A DNA stretch of 57,000 nucleotides, the filler included, from Basidioascus undulatus (taxonomy: Eukaryota), in NCBI GenBank assembly GCA_000826855.1. It is 5 parts of 5 records of this genome, joined end to end, with 100 filler letters (N's around TTAATTAATTAA, not from the genome) between each part and the next. Parts side by side here need not be neighbours in the genome. Positions count along the whole stretch, not along the records: positions 11,443 to 22,780 come from JTLS01001022.1; positions 22,881 to 34,208 come from JTLS01001023.1; 3 more parts are not named here. One strand, given 5' to 3'. This document shows, piece by piece, positions 14,919-28,447 of this stretch (position 1 is its first letter; each line of letters opens with the position of its first letter). The position numbers and the translations under genes were made by a program. Under the pieces are notes generated by a model, which saw nothing but the letters and a program-made list of their open reading frames with translations, made no database searches and was not told where the DNA came from.

Positions 14919-17900
14919 TCAACCAAGCAGCAAATCCCCCACGACCCCCCTAACCATCTCCCGGCCCTCCTCGCCTCCCCAGCGCGCCAGCACGCCCGCC
15001 GCGTCCCGCACGCCCTCGCGCCAGTCGTCCGTGCGCCCAGCAACGCGGCGCCAGAGCATCGCGTTGCGCAGGAGCTTCAGCCGGCGGTTGAAGATGCGTG
15101 CTCGGGGCGTGCCGGGGGCGGGGGCGCCCATCGGTGGCGGGGCGGCGCGCAGGGGCGTGATGGAGGCGGTGAGCGCTGCGAGGAGGGGCTGCACGAGAGA
15201 GGCTAGAAGAGCCTGTTCAAGTGGGGATGTACGTCAGCAACCGTAAAGAGACCATATGGCAAGGAAGACAGAAGGAGGAAACAGCAGCGCACCTCCAGTT
15301 TCTGCCCGCTCTCGCCCGCCAGCCCGCCCTCGACCATCTCCACAAGCTCGACGGCCTCGCGCGTCTGTCGCGCGCTGACGGGGTCGTACCCGCCCGCGCC
15401 GAAGAGCTTCACAAAGCGCGGGATGAGGACCGTCGCGAGGTAGGGCGGGATGAGGTCCATCTCCTGCTGCTCCGGCCGGTCCTGCTCCGCCTCTTCCTCG
15501 CTGCGCTGGGAGTAGGCGTGCAGCGCTGTGTAGAACTGAAAGTCTGGGAGAGGGCGCGGATCCTGTGAGGGACGGGCCGGGGGAGCGGGGAGTGGGGTGT
15601 GTCAGTGCTGGGTCTTTCGAATAATAAAAGGGTGAAAAAAGAAAGGAAACGCACCCGCAATGGCTCCCACCCCAGCACCTCGCACCGTCCCCAGAACTCC
15701 CATGCGCCCACCAGCCCCAAGCCTCCCCAAGCCTTCTCATACTCCTCCGGCCAGCGTTCCCTCCACGCCCTAAACCTCTGCACAAGCCCGACCTCCGCGT
15801 CCTGAAACTCCGGCGCCTTCACATCCTCAAACAGCTCCCCCCTCCCGTCCCGCAGCTTCGCCTGCGCAGTCTCGTAGTCGCGCGCGTCAGACGGGGTAAG
15901 CTCGTCGTCCGTCTCGAAGCCGTCGCCCGCCTTGCCCTGGGCGGTGAGCCGCTCGGCGCGCTCGGCCCGCCGCGCGCGCCGGACGGCCTCGTTGTCTTCC
16001 CGCCGGATTGTGCGCCCCAGCTCGTCCACTTCTTCCATCTCCACGTCCGCGACCTCCCCGTCCGGTGCCCGGGAGGCCCCGAAGGAGGAGGGCAAAGCGG
16101 ATAGGGAGAGAAGCGCGAAATCGTCTTGGTCGTCCAGCGCGCGCCGCTTCGAGAGCATCTCGGACCGCTCAGTGAGTATGGAGAGGTGCTGTGCTTCGAG
16201 GTCCTCCAGCAGCGGGAACTGCGGACACACCCCTGTCAGCGAAACCGAACACCCACCAGACATACCCACGGAGGGAAGGGAGAGGGGACCCGCACCTTGA
16301 CCTCCAAAAACCCGCCCACGTTCTCCGCCCAGTTCCGCATCTCATCGAACCACGCCCGGCGCGTCTCAACCTCGTCGACCTGCCTCCGCAGCGCCGCCTC
16401 CTGGTCGTCCAGCGCGCGCAGGTCCGCCTGTACCCCGCCCAGCGAGGCGGTGTGCTCCGCGTGCGAGGCCTGCAGCGTGCTGAGCAGCGAGGCGAGCTGA
16501 TTGATCGCGGCGGGGAGCGCGGGCAGGGGGGTCGGGTCGGGTACTGTGTGTGAGGAGCGTGTCAGTATGATGGGGAGGAAGAAGGGAAAGGGAAGAGGGA
16601 GACGGGAAGAGGAGACGCACTTGGTGCGGCCCGATAGACCGCTTTCTCGGGCTGGGCGCGCCGCATTGCTTCGGGACCCCAGGCGGCGCGCTGGACCTGC
16701 GCGGCCTCCCACTGCCGCTGCTCCTCGTCGTCCTCGTCCTCCTCACTACCCAACTCCACACCACACCCATCAGCCTTCCCGTCCTCCCATCAACCAGGGG
16801 GGAAAAAAGGCAGAGACCAACGCACGCCTCCCCAATCAGCTCGCCCCGCTCCCGCTTCTCCCTCCGCGCCGCGTCCTTCGCCGCCCGCTTGCCTAGGGGC
16901 ACCCGCTCGTTCGCTCCGGTAAACTCCGCCATTTCTGTTCCCGGTCCCCATCCCAAATCAGCTCAGCACACCGCGTCACTAATTTAACCAACGAGTCGCA
17001 GCAACGTACCTTCGTCCCCCTCCCCCAGCTCGTCATCCTCCCGCTGGAGCCTGCTCTCCGGGTGCGGCCCGGCGCGCCCGCCGAGGTCCGACCGGCGCGC
17101 GACAACGCCCCCGCCCTCGCTGAGGGAGATGAAGTCCTCGGACGTCGACATCGCTGGGTTCGCGCGCACCTTCTCCCGCCGCTGCTTGGCGGCGATGATG
17201 GCTGCCTCAGAGGGGATGCTCGAATCTGCTTATCCCACCCCACAGTCAGATCACATGCCTCCTTCCCAGCGCTTCCCCAAAGGCGAGGGAGAGACAGCGC
17301 ACCTTGCTGCACCGCATCGTCCCCATAAATCCGCCGCGCGATGTCGCTTATACCGCCGGTGTCCGCATCCACCATGCTCACGTCCCCCGCGGCGTCGCGC
17401 ACGGGCGGCGTGCTCGGCGTCGCGGCCTTGAGCTCGTCGAGAACGTGCTTGGAGTAGGAGGGCGTGGACGGTGGCGAGGGCGCGGCGGCGAGGGCGGCGC
17501 TGTTCAAGCGCGCCTTGAGGCCGAGGGAAAGGTTCGACTTTTTGGGCTTGAAGGTCTCCTCTGCTGCCTGTGTACCCAGCACCCGCCCGCCCAGCGGTGG
17601 TTCAGCGGCCCGTCGACGTATCGCCCGAACGGCACAGCGTAGAAGATGAACGCACCTCCTCCTCGCCCCCAAAGCTGAGCCCGCCCAACCGCGCGCCCGC
17701 GCCCTTCGCGCCCTTCGCGCGCTTCTCCTTCTCGCGCTTCTTGCGGTCCTTGAACGACAGCGACGGGGACGCAGTCTCGCCCGCGTCCCCGTCCGCCGCC
17801 GCCGTCTCGCCCGTTGCGTCCCCGCCGGCAGCTATGGCGCCTGCAGGGGGCGGGGAGCGCTGACGCGTGGACCGGGACGACTTTGAGCGCTTGAACAGGA

Positions 17901-17925
17901 TCGCGCCCGGGTTCTCGTCGGCCAT
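14919..17925 (-). CDS. Ntr2/GCFC (PAXBP1/GCFC2-like) spliceosome disassembly factor, multi-exon
   Basis: EDFISL, HPESRLQREDDELGEGDEEMAEFTGANERVPLGK, WEAAQ, EVDELGR, LFEDVKAPEF, FRAWRERWPEEYEKAWGGLGLVGAWEFWGRCEVLGWEP and YDPVSARQT motifs. Confidence 0.85.
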
Positions 17926-18133
17926 GATGGCGGGTACAGAGGAAGATAAGTTGTGATGGCAGTTGACGAGAGTCGGTCGGACTGCGTGAGGGTGGGCGGC
18001 GGGCGGCCCGGCTGGTTCCAAAGGTTGTATGAAATGCTGTGGCTCCGATAGGCGCCCCCTTGCTTGAGCTTCCCCACATCTTGGAGCGACTGCCTGCCTT
18101 CTCCAGCTTCACACGACCCAGTCAACGCCTGCC

Positions 18134-19827
18134 ATGTCGTCCGACAATTCAGATCAGCCATCCTTCTTCAGCAACCCAGCACTCGTGCGCGCGCTCTCCC
18201 CTCCCTCCTCCCCGATCCCCCCAGCACCCCTGCTGACCACCTCCTGCTCCTTCAGGACCACGCGGCCGCAGGCATCGGCGGCGGGATCGCCGCGACGTTC
18301 TGCATGCAGCCTCTAGACCTCATCAAAGTTCGCTTCCAAGTGTCCACATCCACCAAGCGCGCATCCGGCAACTTCGCCAGTGCGATCTGGGACGCGTGGC
18401 GGGACATCCTGAGGAAGGATGGGTGGAAGGGAATGTGGCGCGGGATCACGCCCAATGTGGTCGGGAACGCCGCGAGCTGGGGAGGGTACTTCTGGCTGTG
18501 AGTTTAGCTTGGAGGTATAGGAGAGAAGGAGGAGAGAGAGAGGATGGGGTGCTGAGGACAGAGGGGTTTCGGGTAGGATAGGTATACGAGCTTGAAGGAG
18601 GACATGCTCAGGCGGCAGCGGGGAGAGAAGCTCTCGGCGGGTCAGCATCTGCTGGCTGCTTCAGAAGCTGGTGCGTTGCTTCTCAGAAATCTCAATTCGC
18701 CAGCCATCTCGTGTGACTGTTTTCCTCCAGGTGGTATCACGGCTGTCCTCACAAACCCCTTGTGGGTCGTCAAGACCCGAATGTTCACGACCTCCCGCTC
18801 CGAAGCGACCGCCTACCGTGGTCTGATCCGTGTGTCTGCGTCTTCCACTCTTCCTCCCTCATCTCACCCTGAATGGTTCCCCCAGATGGACTGCGCGAAA
18901 TAACGCGCACCGAAGGCCCGCGCGGCCTCTGGCGGGGGACGCTCCTCGCGCTCTGCGGCGTCGCGAATGGCGCGCTCCAGTTCATGTCGTACGAGGAGCT
19001 CAAGCAGTGGCGGTTCGACGCGCGGCGGCGCGCTGCGGAGCGTGCTGGCAGGACGTGGGACGCTGATAGCGAGAAACTGGTGCGTCGCGCTGGACGTTGC
19101 GGCACGCAGCGAGGAAAGTGAAGGAATGTTGGTTGACTTCGATGAGGGGGAAACAGCCCAATTGGGAGTATACGGTCCTGTCCGGGACGTCGAAGCTTTT
19201 TGCGCTCAGCGTTACATACCCATATCAAGTTGTGCGGTCGCGGATCCAAGTGTGTTTCCCTCTTCTCTTTTCTTCCTTCCTCCTCCTTCTCCCTTTACCC
19301 CACCGTCTCCCTTCCCTTCTCTTTCCCTTCCACTTCCCCTTCCCAGCCCGACCTCCCCCCACCCCTCGAACCTGACGGCGTCCTCACCTTCTCCCAGAAC
19401 GCAGCCACCACTCCCCTATACCCGAACATCCGCACCTGCGTGCGCAAAACCTACGCGGACGAGGGCCTCCGCGCGTTCTACCGCGGGCTGGGGATCAACG
19501 CGCTCCGTGTTTTGCCGGGCACTTGTGTGACATTCGTGGTGTACGTTTCGCTTTTCCCTCTCCGTCTTCTTCCCCCTTTCCTATCCCCGCATCTCCCCAT
19601 CCCAATCTCACATCTCCGTCATCCTCATTGCCCAATCTCCCCGTCTCCCAATCTCCCGTCTCCCCGCCTAAGCAAAGGCTGACGAGGATCCTGTGCGGGA
19701 GGACAGGTATGAGAACCTCGCGTGGCTCCTGCGTCAAGCGGCGCTCAAGAAGGAGGGGCAGGGGCGACATCGGCCGAAGCTGGGGCTCGGCGGCCGGGGG
19801 AAGGAGGTTTCAGGCGAGGCGGCATAG
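18134..19827 (+). CDS. Mitochondrial carrier, FAD/folate subfamily (FLX1/SLC25A32-like), multi-exon
   Basis: Three carrier repeats (PLDLIKVRFQ, PLWVVKTRM, PYQVVRSRIQ) plus NAASWGGYF, GALQFMSYEELK and RVLPGTCVTFVVYENL. Stop TAG ends at 19827. Confidence 0.9.
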
Positions 19828-20460
19828 AGCACCGTGCTGTGAGGTTTGCGTGCGCAGTGTGCGTGACTGGGAAAGTGGAATTCGGCTGGCAGTGCTTGGA
19901 TGTGATGAAGGCTCAGGCGCGGAAGGATGCTCGAGCGCAGATGCGATTCCTGGCGTGAGTGAACGGGGGCGGACACTGGAGCGGGGACGGCGTGCGAATC
20001 GGACGGGTGGGTGGTTGTGCGAGCTGACCGTAGCTTCCACATCTAAACGGATATTACGGCGAGAGGTTGTGATGGTTTCCGATCTAACGAGCCTTCAGCG
20101 TGCTTGCGGACGCAAAAAGGATGTATACACCTAGTACCTGGTGGCAGTCCTTCATCAGCGTTTCAGCGGCTTGCTGAGCAAAGTAACAAGGGTAACCCAC
20201 GCTCAGTGCGTGCTATGGGCGTGCGACTGAGTGTTTCGACGGCACTATACCAGCGATGGGACTGAAAGCGAGAACGCTTGACCGCTTTCCGACTGGCAAG
20301 GTAACTTCTGGACATCGTCGTGATAACGGCGCAGGGATATGTATGTCAGCGCTGACGCCGCATATTCACACACAACGTAACCCGAGGGATCAAACCAGAG
20401 GAACAAGTAGCGGCTGTATCAACGCATCGAGAGTACAACAAAACACAACCGCATGACATC

Positions 20461-21739
20461 TCAACCCCTTTGGCCTCCAGCGCCCGCATCTTCGACCCAA
20501 ACGCGGTCCCCCCAAAAAAAAAAACCCCCTCCATTCCAGGGTCTCCAGCAGACTCCCACTCTAGCACTTTCACGGGCGGTCTTCCCAAGCTCTGCACCCA
20601 ATGCGTCCAGCCTGGGCCCGGGATCCATGAGCGTGCTGTACGGCACGCGCACGACACGCAGAGCAGCATGCCGCGGGATGAGCTCGGCTGATGCGAGGCG
20701 GAGATGTGAGAGCGCGGGCAGGCGCGCGAGCAGCGCGCGGATCGTCGTCGAGGGAACGGGCTGCGCTAGACTCAGGCGGGTGAGCTGCGCGAGCGGAAGG
20801 CTGACGAGCGAGCAGAGATCGGCGAGCGGGTCCGGGCGCAAGGGGTTGACGTTGAGGATTACGGCGGAGAGGTTTGGTGCGCGGAGCTTCGGGCCTGCTG
20901 GTGCGAGCGGCGCGGATCCGTATACCAGGCTGTAATTGAATCGGAGGGCTTTGAGGGACTGAAGCGCTGGGGCTGGGTAGTCTGGCGGCGGGGGCGGATG
21001 GAAAGGTCGATCTGCCCTAGCGCCCAGAACCTGAGGCTGTGCCTGCAGCCCACGCTCAGCTTGAATAATCTCTTGCGACTCTCCGTAGCTCGTCGTGAGC
21101 TCGAGGCGCTCCGAGCCAAGGCGGCGCGCCTGGCCCAGGAGTGCCTGGGGCGTGCCGGAGACCTGCAATGCGCGCTTGGGCGCGATGACGGACGGGGAAG
21201 ATGCGAAAGGAATCGCTCGAGACGCGGCGGACTGTGGTGGGTGTACGGCTTGGAGGCGGCGTACGGCCCCTCGTCACCATACGGATACGGGGGGATGCAG
21301 GCGATGAGGGCCCGCATGTGCGTAGAGAGCACCTCGAAGAGACGGAAGGGTGTATTAGCTGGAACGGTTGGAAGGGGCCGCGCGGGCGCGTCGAGCGAGC
21401 GCGCGGCGGCCAGGTTGCAGAGGAGCTCGAGCGAGGCGACAGAACTGATGTGCAGCTCGCCGAAGACGGCCGGGCGGCTGCAGACCTGTGGGTATTCCGC
21501 CATGACATACATCAACTCCTGCATCTGTTGTGGGAGAGCATAATGAGCCTACCTCCCACTGACGACACACCAGCCGAAGGACAGCCTTCGCCGCGTTGAC
21601 AGCCGCGCACTGGGCACACAGAGCGGGGAGAGAACCGGTAGCACGGCGAACGGGTCAGCCGAATGAGTGGAGGGCCCTCGAGCACGAATGAGAAGATGTG
21701 CGAACAGATCTCTGGCGGAAGCGTGATCGAGGGAGCCAT
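20461..21739 (-). pseudogene. F-box-like protein, probably frameshifted (or has an unrecognised intron)
   Basis: N-terminal LPPEICSHIFSFV F-box-like motif and leucine-rich C-terminal half. The two long ORFs (20859-21524 and 20461-21168) are in different frames, with the switch near 21190. Confidence 0.45.
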
Positions 21740-22780
21740 CGCGGCGAAGGTCAGTGTGGCCAGGGAGGAGATGGGTGAGCAGGCGTGTTGGTGGTTAGAA
21801 GGCCAGCCATGAACAGGGGCGCCGGCTGTCATGTCTTTCATGCGCGGTGTCTGGCCCGCGACCGCTGGCCGAGCGGGATGGCAGTGGGCGTGGCGGGTTC
21901 CTGTCGAACGAGGACCGCGGCTGTGCACAGGGAAATTCAACTTTGGGAGATGATTGAGATTCTAGGTTTGGATCCGAAGTAACCCTGCGCGGTCAGAGAA
22001 GCATGATAAACGAGAGCCAGCGCGGAAATGAGCGTGATAAGCGATGGGACCATAGCGAGGACACGGGAGTAAATGGTGGGGTGCAGGACCGACGTGGGGA
22101 AGAAGTCGGCAGAATAAGCCTCAGTATCACGGGTTGAGTTGTTCCGTAGGAATAATCGAAGCTTCCGATGCCGTCGTCAAGGGACGGGTCTCCTTTGCAC
22201 GCCCCCAGATCGCTTCGCCTCGTGGCCCGGCGTTTCATCACGTCCCACAGTTTTATCAAGCGACAAACTCCGTCATCGATAACAGAAGAAATCCAATGAA
22301 TGATAATCCAGTAAAGAAACCGAATAAAAAGCGGACAAGTCCGAACAACGAAACACCCTCTACACCCGCGAGCTCCATCAGGCGCTGTGTCCCAGCTCGC
22401 GATGCGTCAGGCTGCAATCACTGCTCAATTCGAAGCGCTTGTAGAGTACGCACCTTATAACAGCGGCAATCATGAACTTCGTCCCTCCGTCTGGGTCATG
22501 CGTCGGCGTCTGGATCTGGCAAGTCATAGGGTGCCATCCGGGCGCGACGTTACTGGCAATATCTTTGCTTTGGCCGACGCTCTGTAGTCAATCAGGCCAA
22601 AATAAGCACTGAACTCCTATGTAGGAGCCCGATTGCACTGAGGGAGGACTTGTGAGGAAGGAGACGTCAACACACTCGAGGATCGTCCCACCACCCGGTA
22701 GCATATGCCCCGCTCGCCTCGTCACCGTCCAACCAGCACCTAATGATCCCCAGTCCATACGTCTTGCTCTGCACATGATC

Positions 22781-22880
22781 NNNNNNNNNNNNNNNNNNNN
22801 NNNNNNNNNNNNNNNNNNNNNNNNTTAATTAATTAANNNNNNNNNNNNNNNNNNNNNNNNNNNNNNNNNNNNNNNNNNNN
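22781..22880. other. Artificial contig-joining linker
   Basis: 44 N + TTAATTAATTAA + 44 N. Confidence 0.99.
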
Positions 22881-23650
22881 GGAGTGTGAGAGTGGGTAGG
22901 GGGAGGGAGGAGGGAGGGAGGGCAGGGGTCTTGAAGGCCGAGGTCGACGCTGCAGCGAACCGGGAGGTGGAGGAAGATGGCTGAGCAGATGCGGGAGCGG
23001 CTTTGCGCTTGGACGGGGCAAAAACAAAAATTGGGGCGGGTTGGGGAGGAGCAGGCGCGTCGACCTTACGTCGCTTGCCCTTCTTGTCGTCGGGTGGTAG
23101 TTGTTGCTGCGCGGCGGCGGGGGGATCGGAGCTGGGCAGGCGGGCGCGAGCGGTGCGCGCGCTCCTGCGCGTTGGCGGCGGCGGGGGCTCATCGTCATCA
23201 TCGAGGGGTGCGAAGACGAGGGCGGCCGGTTCGGAGGGAGTGTATTCGAACGCCAAGCCGCTGGCGGGCCGTTGCTCTGAGAGAGTCGGGGGTCAGGGTT
23301 GAGACTCTGCGTGTGTGTGGAAGGAGGTTTAAGTGGACGGACGTGGTGGTGCTAAAACAGACTGCAGATGGGAGATAGGCAGGTAATTCAGCATGACGGG
23401 ACCGAGGAACAACGCGCGAAGGAGGCGGCCGACTCACCTCCTGTGCCCTTCCCTGGCCCGGCCCATCATCCCCCGTCCCCACCGCCGCCGATCTTCTCCT
23501 CTTTGCACCTCCCGCCCCCGCCCCCATCGTGTCGTCTACGTCGGCCGCCCCGCGCTTGCGACTGGACGCGTGCGTGTCCGCGAGCGACGTGTCCGCGCCC
23601 GACGAGCGCGTCGAGCGTCTGGTCTGGCTCGTCGTCATCGTCGCGCTCAT
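22881..23650 (-). CDS. 5' part of a low-complexity, basic, probably nuclear protein (truncated by contig end)
   Basis: MSATMTTSQTRRSTRSS...AKRRRS exon with GTGAGT donor, then AFEYTP...KKGKRRK...IFVFAPSKRK open to the linker. No domain visible. Confidence 0.55.
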
Positions 23651-24965
23651 AGGTCGGTGTCGCTGTCGCAGTCGTTGTTGTCGTTGTTGTCGGCGTCGGC
23701 GATGGAATGTGTGAGCGAATGTCCAGATGAGCGGGCGGGCGGGGCAGTCGCGGGTCGCCCGAGGGCCGGGCGAGGATGGTGGGAGTTTGACGCGAAGAGG
23801 GCGACAGGCGCTCACGGGAGTGTTGGCGCGCGTTCTACGCGGACCGGGGTCCCTCAAACCGGTTTGTTTTCTGTTACGGCGCGTCGCGTCGATCTGCGTC
23901 GCTCGGGGGACTTTGGCAACTTGAGACTGGAAGATGATTATCGTTTTAAAGTGTACTCTTTGCATGCAGGGTAATGCCGGTGCCTGCGTGACCCGAAACG
24001 TAAAGACAGGCTGAGGGACTGTGACCCACTGGCAAGGCAGTCTTCGCCCTGGAGCCTGGAGAAAACTGGCAAAACTTCCAGAGCTGGACACTTCTTCAGC
24101 CTATAAACACCAACAATCGTTTACTGAGTGCCATTTCATACGATGTTGCAGCTGCGAGCGAGCCGCCGCACGCTGTCATGTTTCTGGGCATCCCCGACCT
24201 CCTTCTCATACTCCCCAACGAACGACATTCAAACGCTAGTTAGATCTACTCATTTCCACCATCAACCCCCCAAGGAACAGCAGGCTCTTGTCGATTTCTT
24301 TCTCTCTTGCAGAAACTATGCTATATGCACGACAGTCTGACCTCTTCACCCACTGCCATGTTTGTCTTGACGTGCCGCACCCTCCCCCTGCACCGATATG
24401 CACAGCATATCTTTAGTCGGAATCACAAAAAAATTCAGAAATCAGTCCCGCCAGCTGTTTGCTCCTTCTCAAGGCTTTGGAAAATGGCTCGGAACACGAT
24501 GACGGCGCTCTCTACGAGGTCGAGTCCGTCTTTCGCACTTCTTTGGAAAGCTACCAGGATCTGAATCAACTTGCGAGGCTATCCAAGAACCATGAGAGCA
24601 TCTTGAAAATTGCGTTCAAGAACAGGCGCACAGGCGGCCCAGACTGCTATGTCCGACTTCGCAGTGCAATAGCAGTTTCTTTCATAAACCGTGCCGCCGA
24701 GACTTTTCCTCTCAACTCGCACAACAGGAGCGAAGCTTCCGAATGAAGTATTGTCAGCACATACTTCCCTCCTTCCACGTGCACGAAGCCGGGCTCCGCG
24801 GTACAGCTCTGCACGTTCGCAAGACGACTGCACCCCTCCTCAAACACGCAGCGTAGAGCACCATCAATCCAAACCTCAATATTCAATCCTCAACGTCACC
24901 CACCATCTCCTGGTCCCCACCCCCTTCATCTTCCACCCTTAGTCTCCCCGTGCCCACCAAGAACC

Positions 24966-27561
24966 TCAGCACGGCTTCCTCATACTCGGCTTAAGTATCT
25001 CGTCGTCCTCATCCTCCTCCTCTTCTTCCTCCTCTTCGTCGCTCTCTTCATTCTCCTCCTCCTCCTCATTCTCATCGCTATCCACCCCCCCAATCCGCCT
25101 GCAAGTCTCCCACAAGTCCTCCTGCTCGTCTTGCTACCCCCTCGCCAAGCCCAGTGAGTCGGCTGAAGAAGGCGAATGCGACCCGGAAGAAAAAAAGAAC
25201 TCAAGACGTACGCGCAGCAAATGATCGAACAGCGCGAGCGTGTCCGCGTCCTCGTCTGGCTCACTCTCGTCCCGCGCGGTCGGCGGCCCGGAGAGCAGGG
25301 AAGCGAGGACGCGGGGGCGGGCCTCGGCGGACTCGGTTGCGGGGAGGATGCGTGCGGGCGGCGTCGGGGCGGGGGAGGACGTGATGGATGTGGGGGCGTG
25401 GAGCTTGACAATCTGGGGGGATATAGGAGATAGTGTGAGGGGAACTCGGAGGGAAGAGGGAAGAAGGCGAGGGAGCACCTTCTCGATGCCGGCTGTTGCG
25501 ACAAGTGGAAGGACAGGGTGGATTGCGGCGGAGTTGACGATTGATTTGTGCCCTGCGCCAAGCATGACGAGTATCAGTTCTCCGAAGCACCCGAGTAATA
25601 TCAACACGCTGCGCCCATGCGTACCTTCCAGCCTGAAAGCTGGCGTGTCCAGCTCCGCAGCGAAGTACCTCGGCCCCGTCGTTCTCTCAGCAAATGCTGC
25701 CCCAACCCAGTCCCAAGTAAGCCTTGTGCGCTTTGTATTCTGTCGACCGCGCCGGAACTGGGTCAACGCACCGACTTCCTCCTGATCCCCCCCCTTTTGC
25801 CACTGCTCGTACCCCACCTCACGCCGCCTCTCGCGCAGCGTCTCCGCGGCAGGGATCTTCCATCCGTACCCACGGAAGTCGTCCGACCCCGTGGAGAACC
25901 ACGTGTCGGCGGTGTCGAGCGTTGGGCCGAACGTGCAGTGCTGCATCGATGCAGCGCGGCTGTAAGACGGGTTTCTGCCAGGCGGGACTGGGGAAGGAGA
26001 CTCGCCTTGGTCGTGCACGATGTGCGATATGTCTGCTCATCAGGCGGGAGGGGCGTCCCGTCGGGGCTGTTCCGGCCCGTGCAGTACGCGATGGGGATCG
26101 AGTCGTTCAGGGTGTAGATGGCAGGGAAGTAGCGCTGAAGGCCCCCGCCATTGAGATAAGCTCCAAGGCGTATCAGGTCTGGGGTAAGATGCCTTTACGG
26201 ACGCACCTGAAGAATGACACCGAGCATCTGGCCCGTCTTGTCAAATGCGAGCGCGGACGTGTCGGGCGCGGCAAGGTATGGCGTCCCGCGACGGGAGACG
26301 GAGGTGGTGTACTGATTGCAGACGGCCTTCAGCATGCGGAGGAGGGAGGAATAACGGATGACGGACGCACGTTCACTACTGCTGTGGAAGATGGCGCAGT
26401 GAAGCGAGACGAGCCGGACCGGAAGGCGGATCGGATGTCGTGCAGCCTGCGGTAAGCAGGCGAAAAGTCGGTGCTGCGCTCTCAACGTGCACTTCGCATG
26501 AGTGAAATTACATTACTCGGCCACCAGAATCGCAGCTCGCGAAGCTAGACTCGAGCACCTGCAAGTGCATCCCCGTAAGCCACGCCCCGCATTCCTCGTT
26601 CTCACGCGGGCAAATGCACCGGGTTCCAAGTCACGCCTCTCCATTCCGTAACACCCATGATAGCCCCCGCTGGACCCGACGGCTCCCGATCGTCGTGGAG
26701 CATTAGCTGCCCGTCTGACCCGGCGGACAGGAGAAGGGAGGGGTTCGAGGGATGCGTGGAGACTTGGGCGATGGAGGCCTGCGGGAGAGAAGGGTAAGAG
26801 TGAATCTGGGATAAAGTGTGGGATGAATCGACCTCGTGGTGCATGATTATGTCGACGGGATATGAATGTGGGATGGAAGGCAGGCCAAAGCGACGTTTCG
26901 GGAGATTCGAGGGTTGGGGAGCGTCGGTGGTCGAGATCTGGCTCAAGTCGTACTTGAGGATCATGGAGTCTCGGGCGCCACTAGCAAGGAAGATCCCACT
27001 GATGAGTCCCGGTCTCCCAAAGAAACTCAGATTCATTGGCTCACGAGTACAGGTAGCGCATGTCCGCCGTGAAAGCAAGCGAGAAGACGTTGCTCTGCGC
27101 GTCACCAAACGACGCTCAACTTGGTGCACGGCGCCCCCAGTCCGCTCTCAAGCGCCCCGCTCACCGGGAGGGATACTCACCCTGTGCCCCCTGAAGCTAT
27201 GCAGAGGCGTAGTGTGCTCCAGGTCCCCGTACATGTCCCACAGCAGCACCCGCATATCTGCCCTCCCCCTACGAGTGAGCTCGGCGGTTTCGCTCATCCG
27301 ATGGAGGGCAGACTTGCCGTCCCCAGAGCTCGCCAGGAACTTCCCATCGCCCGGAGAGAAGGCAATGGTGTTTACGCATCCCTGATGGGACTTGAAATCA
27401 CTGCTCGCCGATGCCCGTTCAGCGGTGAGTCGGGCATGGTTGCCTGAGCGACTTGCCACGCACACAGAGTATGGGAGTCCCGATGTGAAGCCCGCGGATA
27501 CGACCGCCCGCTTACGCTTGCGGGAGGAGCTCGAGTTGAGTAGTGGTACGGATGGGTCCAT
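24966..27561 (-). CDS. WD40 repeat protein, DCAF5/WDR22-like CRL4 substrate receptor with acidic tail
   Basis: HQGCVNTIAFS...LASSGDDMRVLLWD, SMQHCTFG...STGSDDFRGYGWKIP, GHKSIVNSAAIHP...TAGIEKIVKLH. Glu/Asp tract before the stop at 24966. Confidence 0.82.
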
Positions 27562-28447
27562 TGCTGAGGGCAAGAAGGTGTAGACACGAGAGGGATGAGG
27601 TGCTAGAAGGCAAGCGACTTGTCACTCGGAAATGACGGCATGCGAAGCACGGATGCTTTTTCGATGCAGATCCTTGGGCTCGCTGCGAGCCCTACAAATG
27701 CCAAAATTTCCTCACAAAATGTCCGCTAATGCAGAGAACTGAAAGGCCGCGAACATTGGGCCGGTCGACGTCCGATCTTTTATGGCCACGACGCATCAAC
27801 CTCCAAGTTTGCAGCTGGCCCGCTATCCTGGAGACCACGGGTCTGTGAAGTAATATCGCCGACGCAGACCACTCACGATTATATTCACCTCCAGAAACTG
27901 CGTGTTGATCTGGGTGACCTGCTTAGAGCGACCTGCGTAAGCCCTAGCAGGCCGGTATCTCTTCGACGGAATTCCGTGTAACCAAGAACCATAGCCGGCA
28001 GTTCTATAGTATTGGATCATTTCTCAAACGTAATGATGTGAAGCTCACATAGAGGGCTGCTCAGGAGCCTCTTTCAATCAACACATGCTCTTCTGCATCA
28101 TAGCCCGTTCACCGTATCGCGGTCGAGATTGTGCAGGGTTGTTTCCTCATGACAACAAATGACAGCTCGACGGAAATCGCCCTCCAACACTTGTTAACTT
28201 CGAGGTTCACCGTGCCTGACGATCATGGGCTACAGCTACCACCCCTAGTCGAGCTTCAAGGAGTCGGGCTCGGGGACGCTTCGTTGCGCGCGTTGGGATG
28301 CAGATGCTCGCTGAAGAAGCACCAGTCATCAACACGTTTTAGAGATCGAAGTGTAGTAAATCCCAGGCTGTGGATTGGAGGTCTACAAGCATAGCGGGGA
28401 CGCCGGGGAGCATCGACCATGGAGACGGGACCGCGCTTTATGGGCAC

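Noticed and set aside
22881..23650. Kinetochore Dsn1/Mis13 assignment
   Set aside because: Only a low-complexity N-terminus is present and no diagnostic domain is visible.
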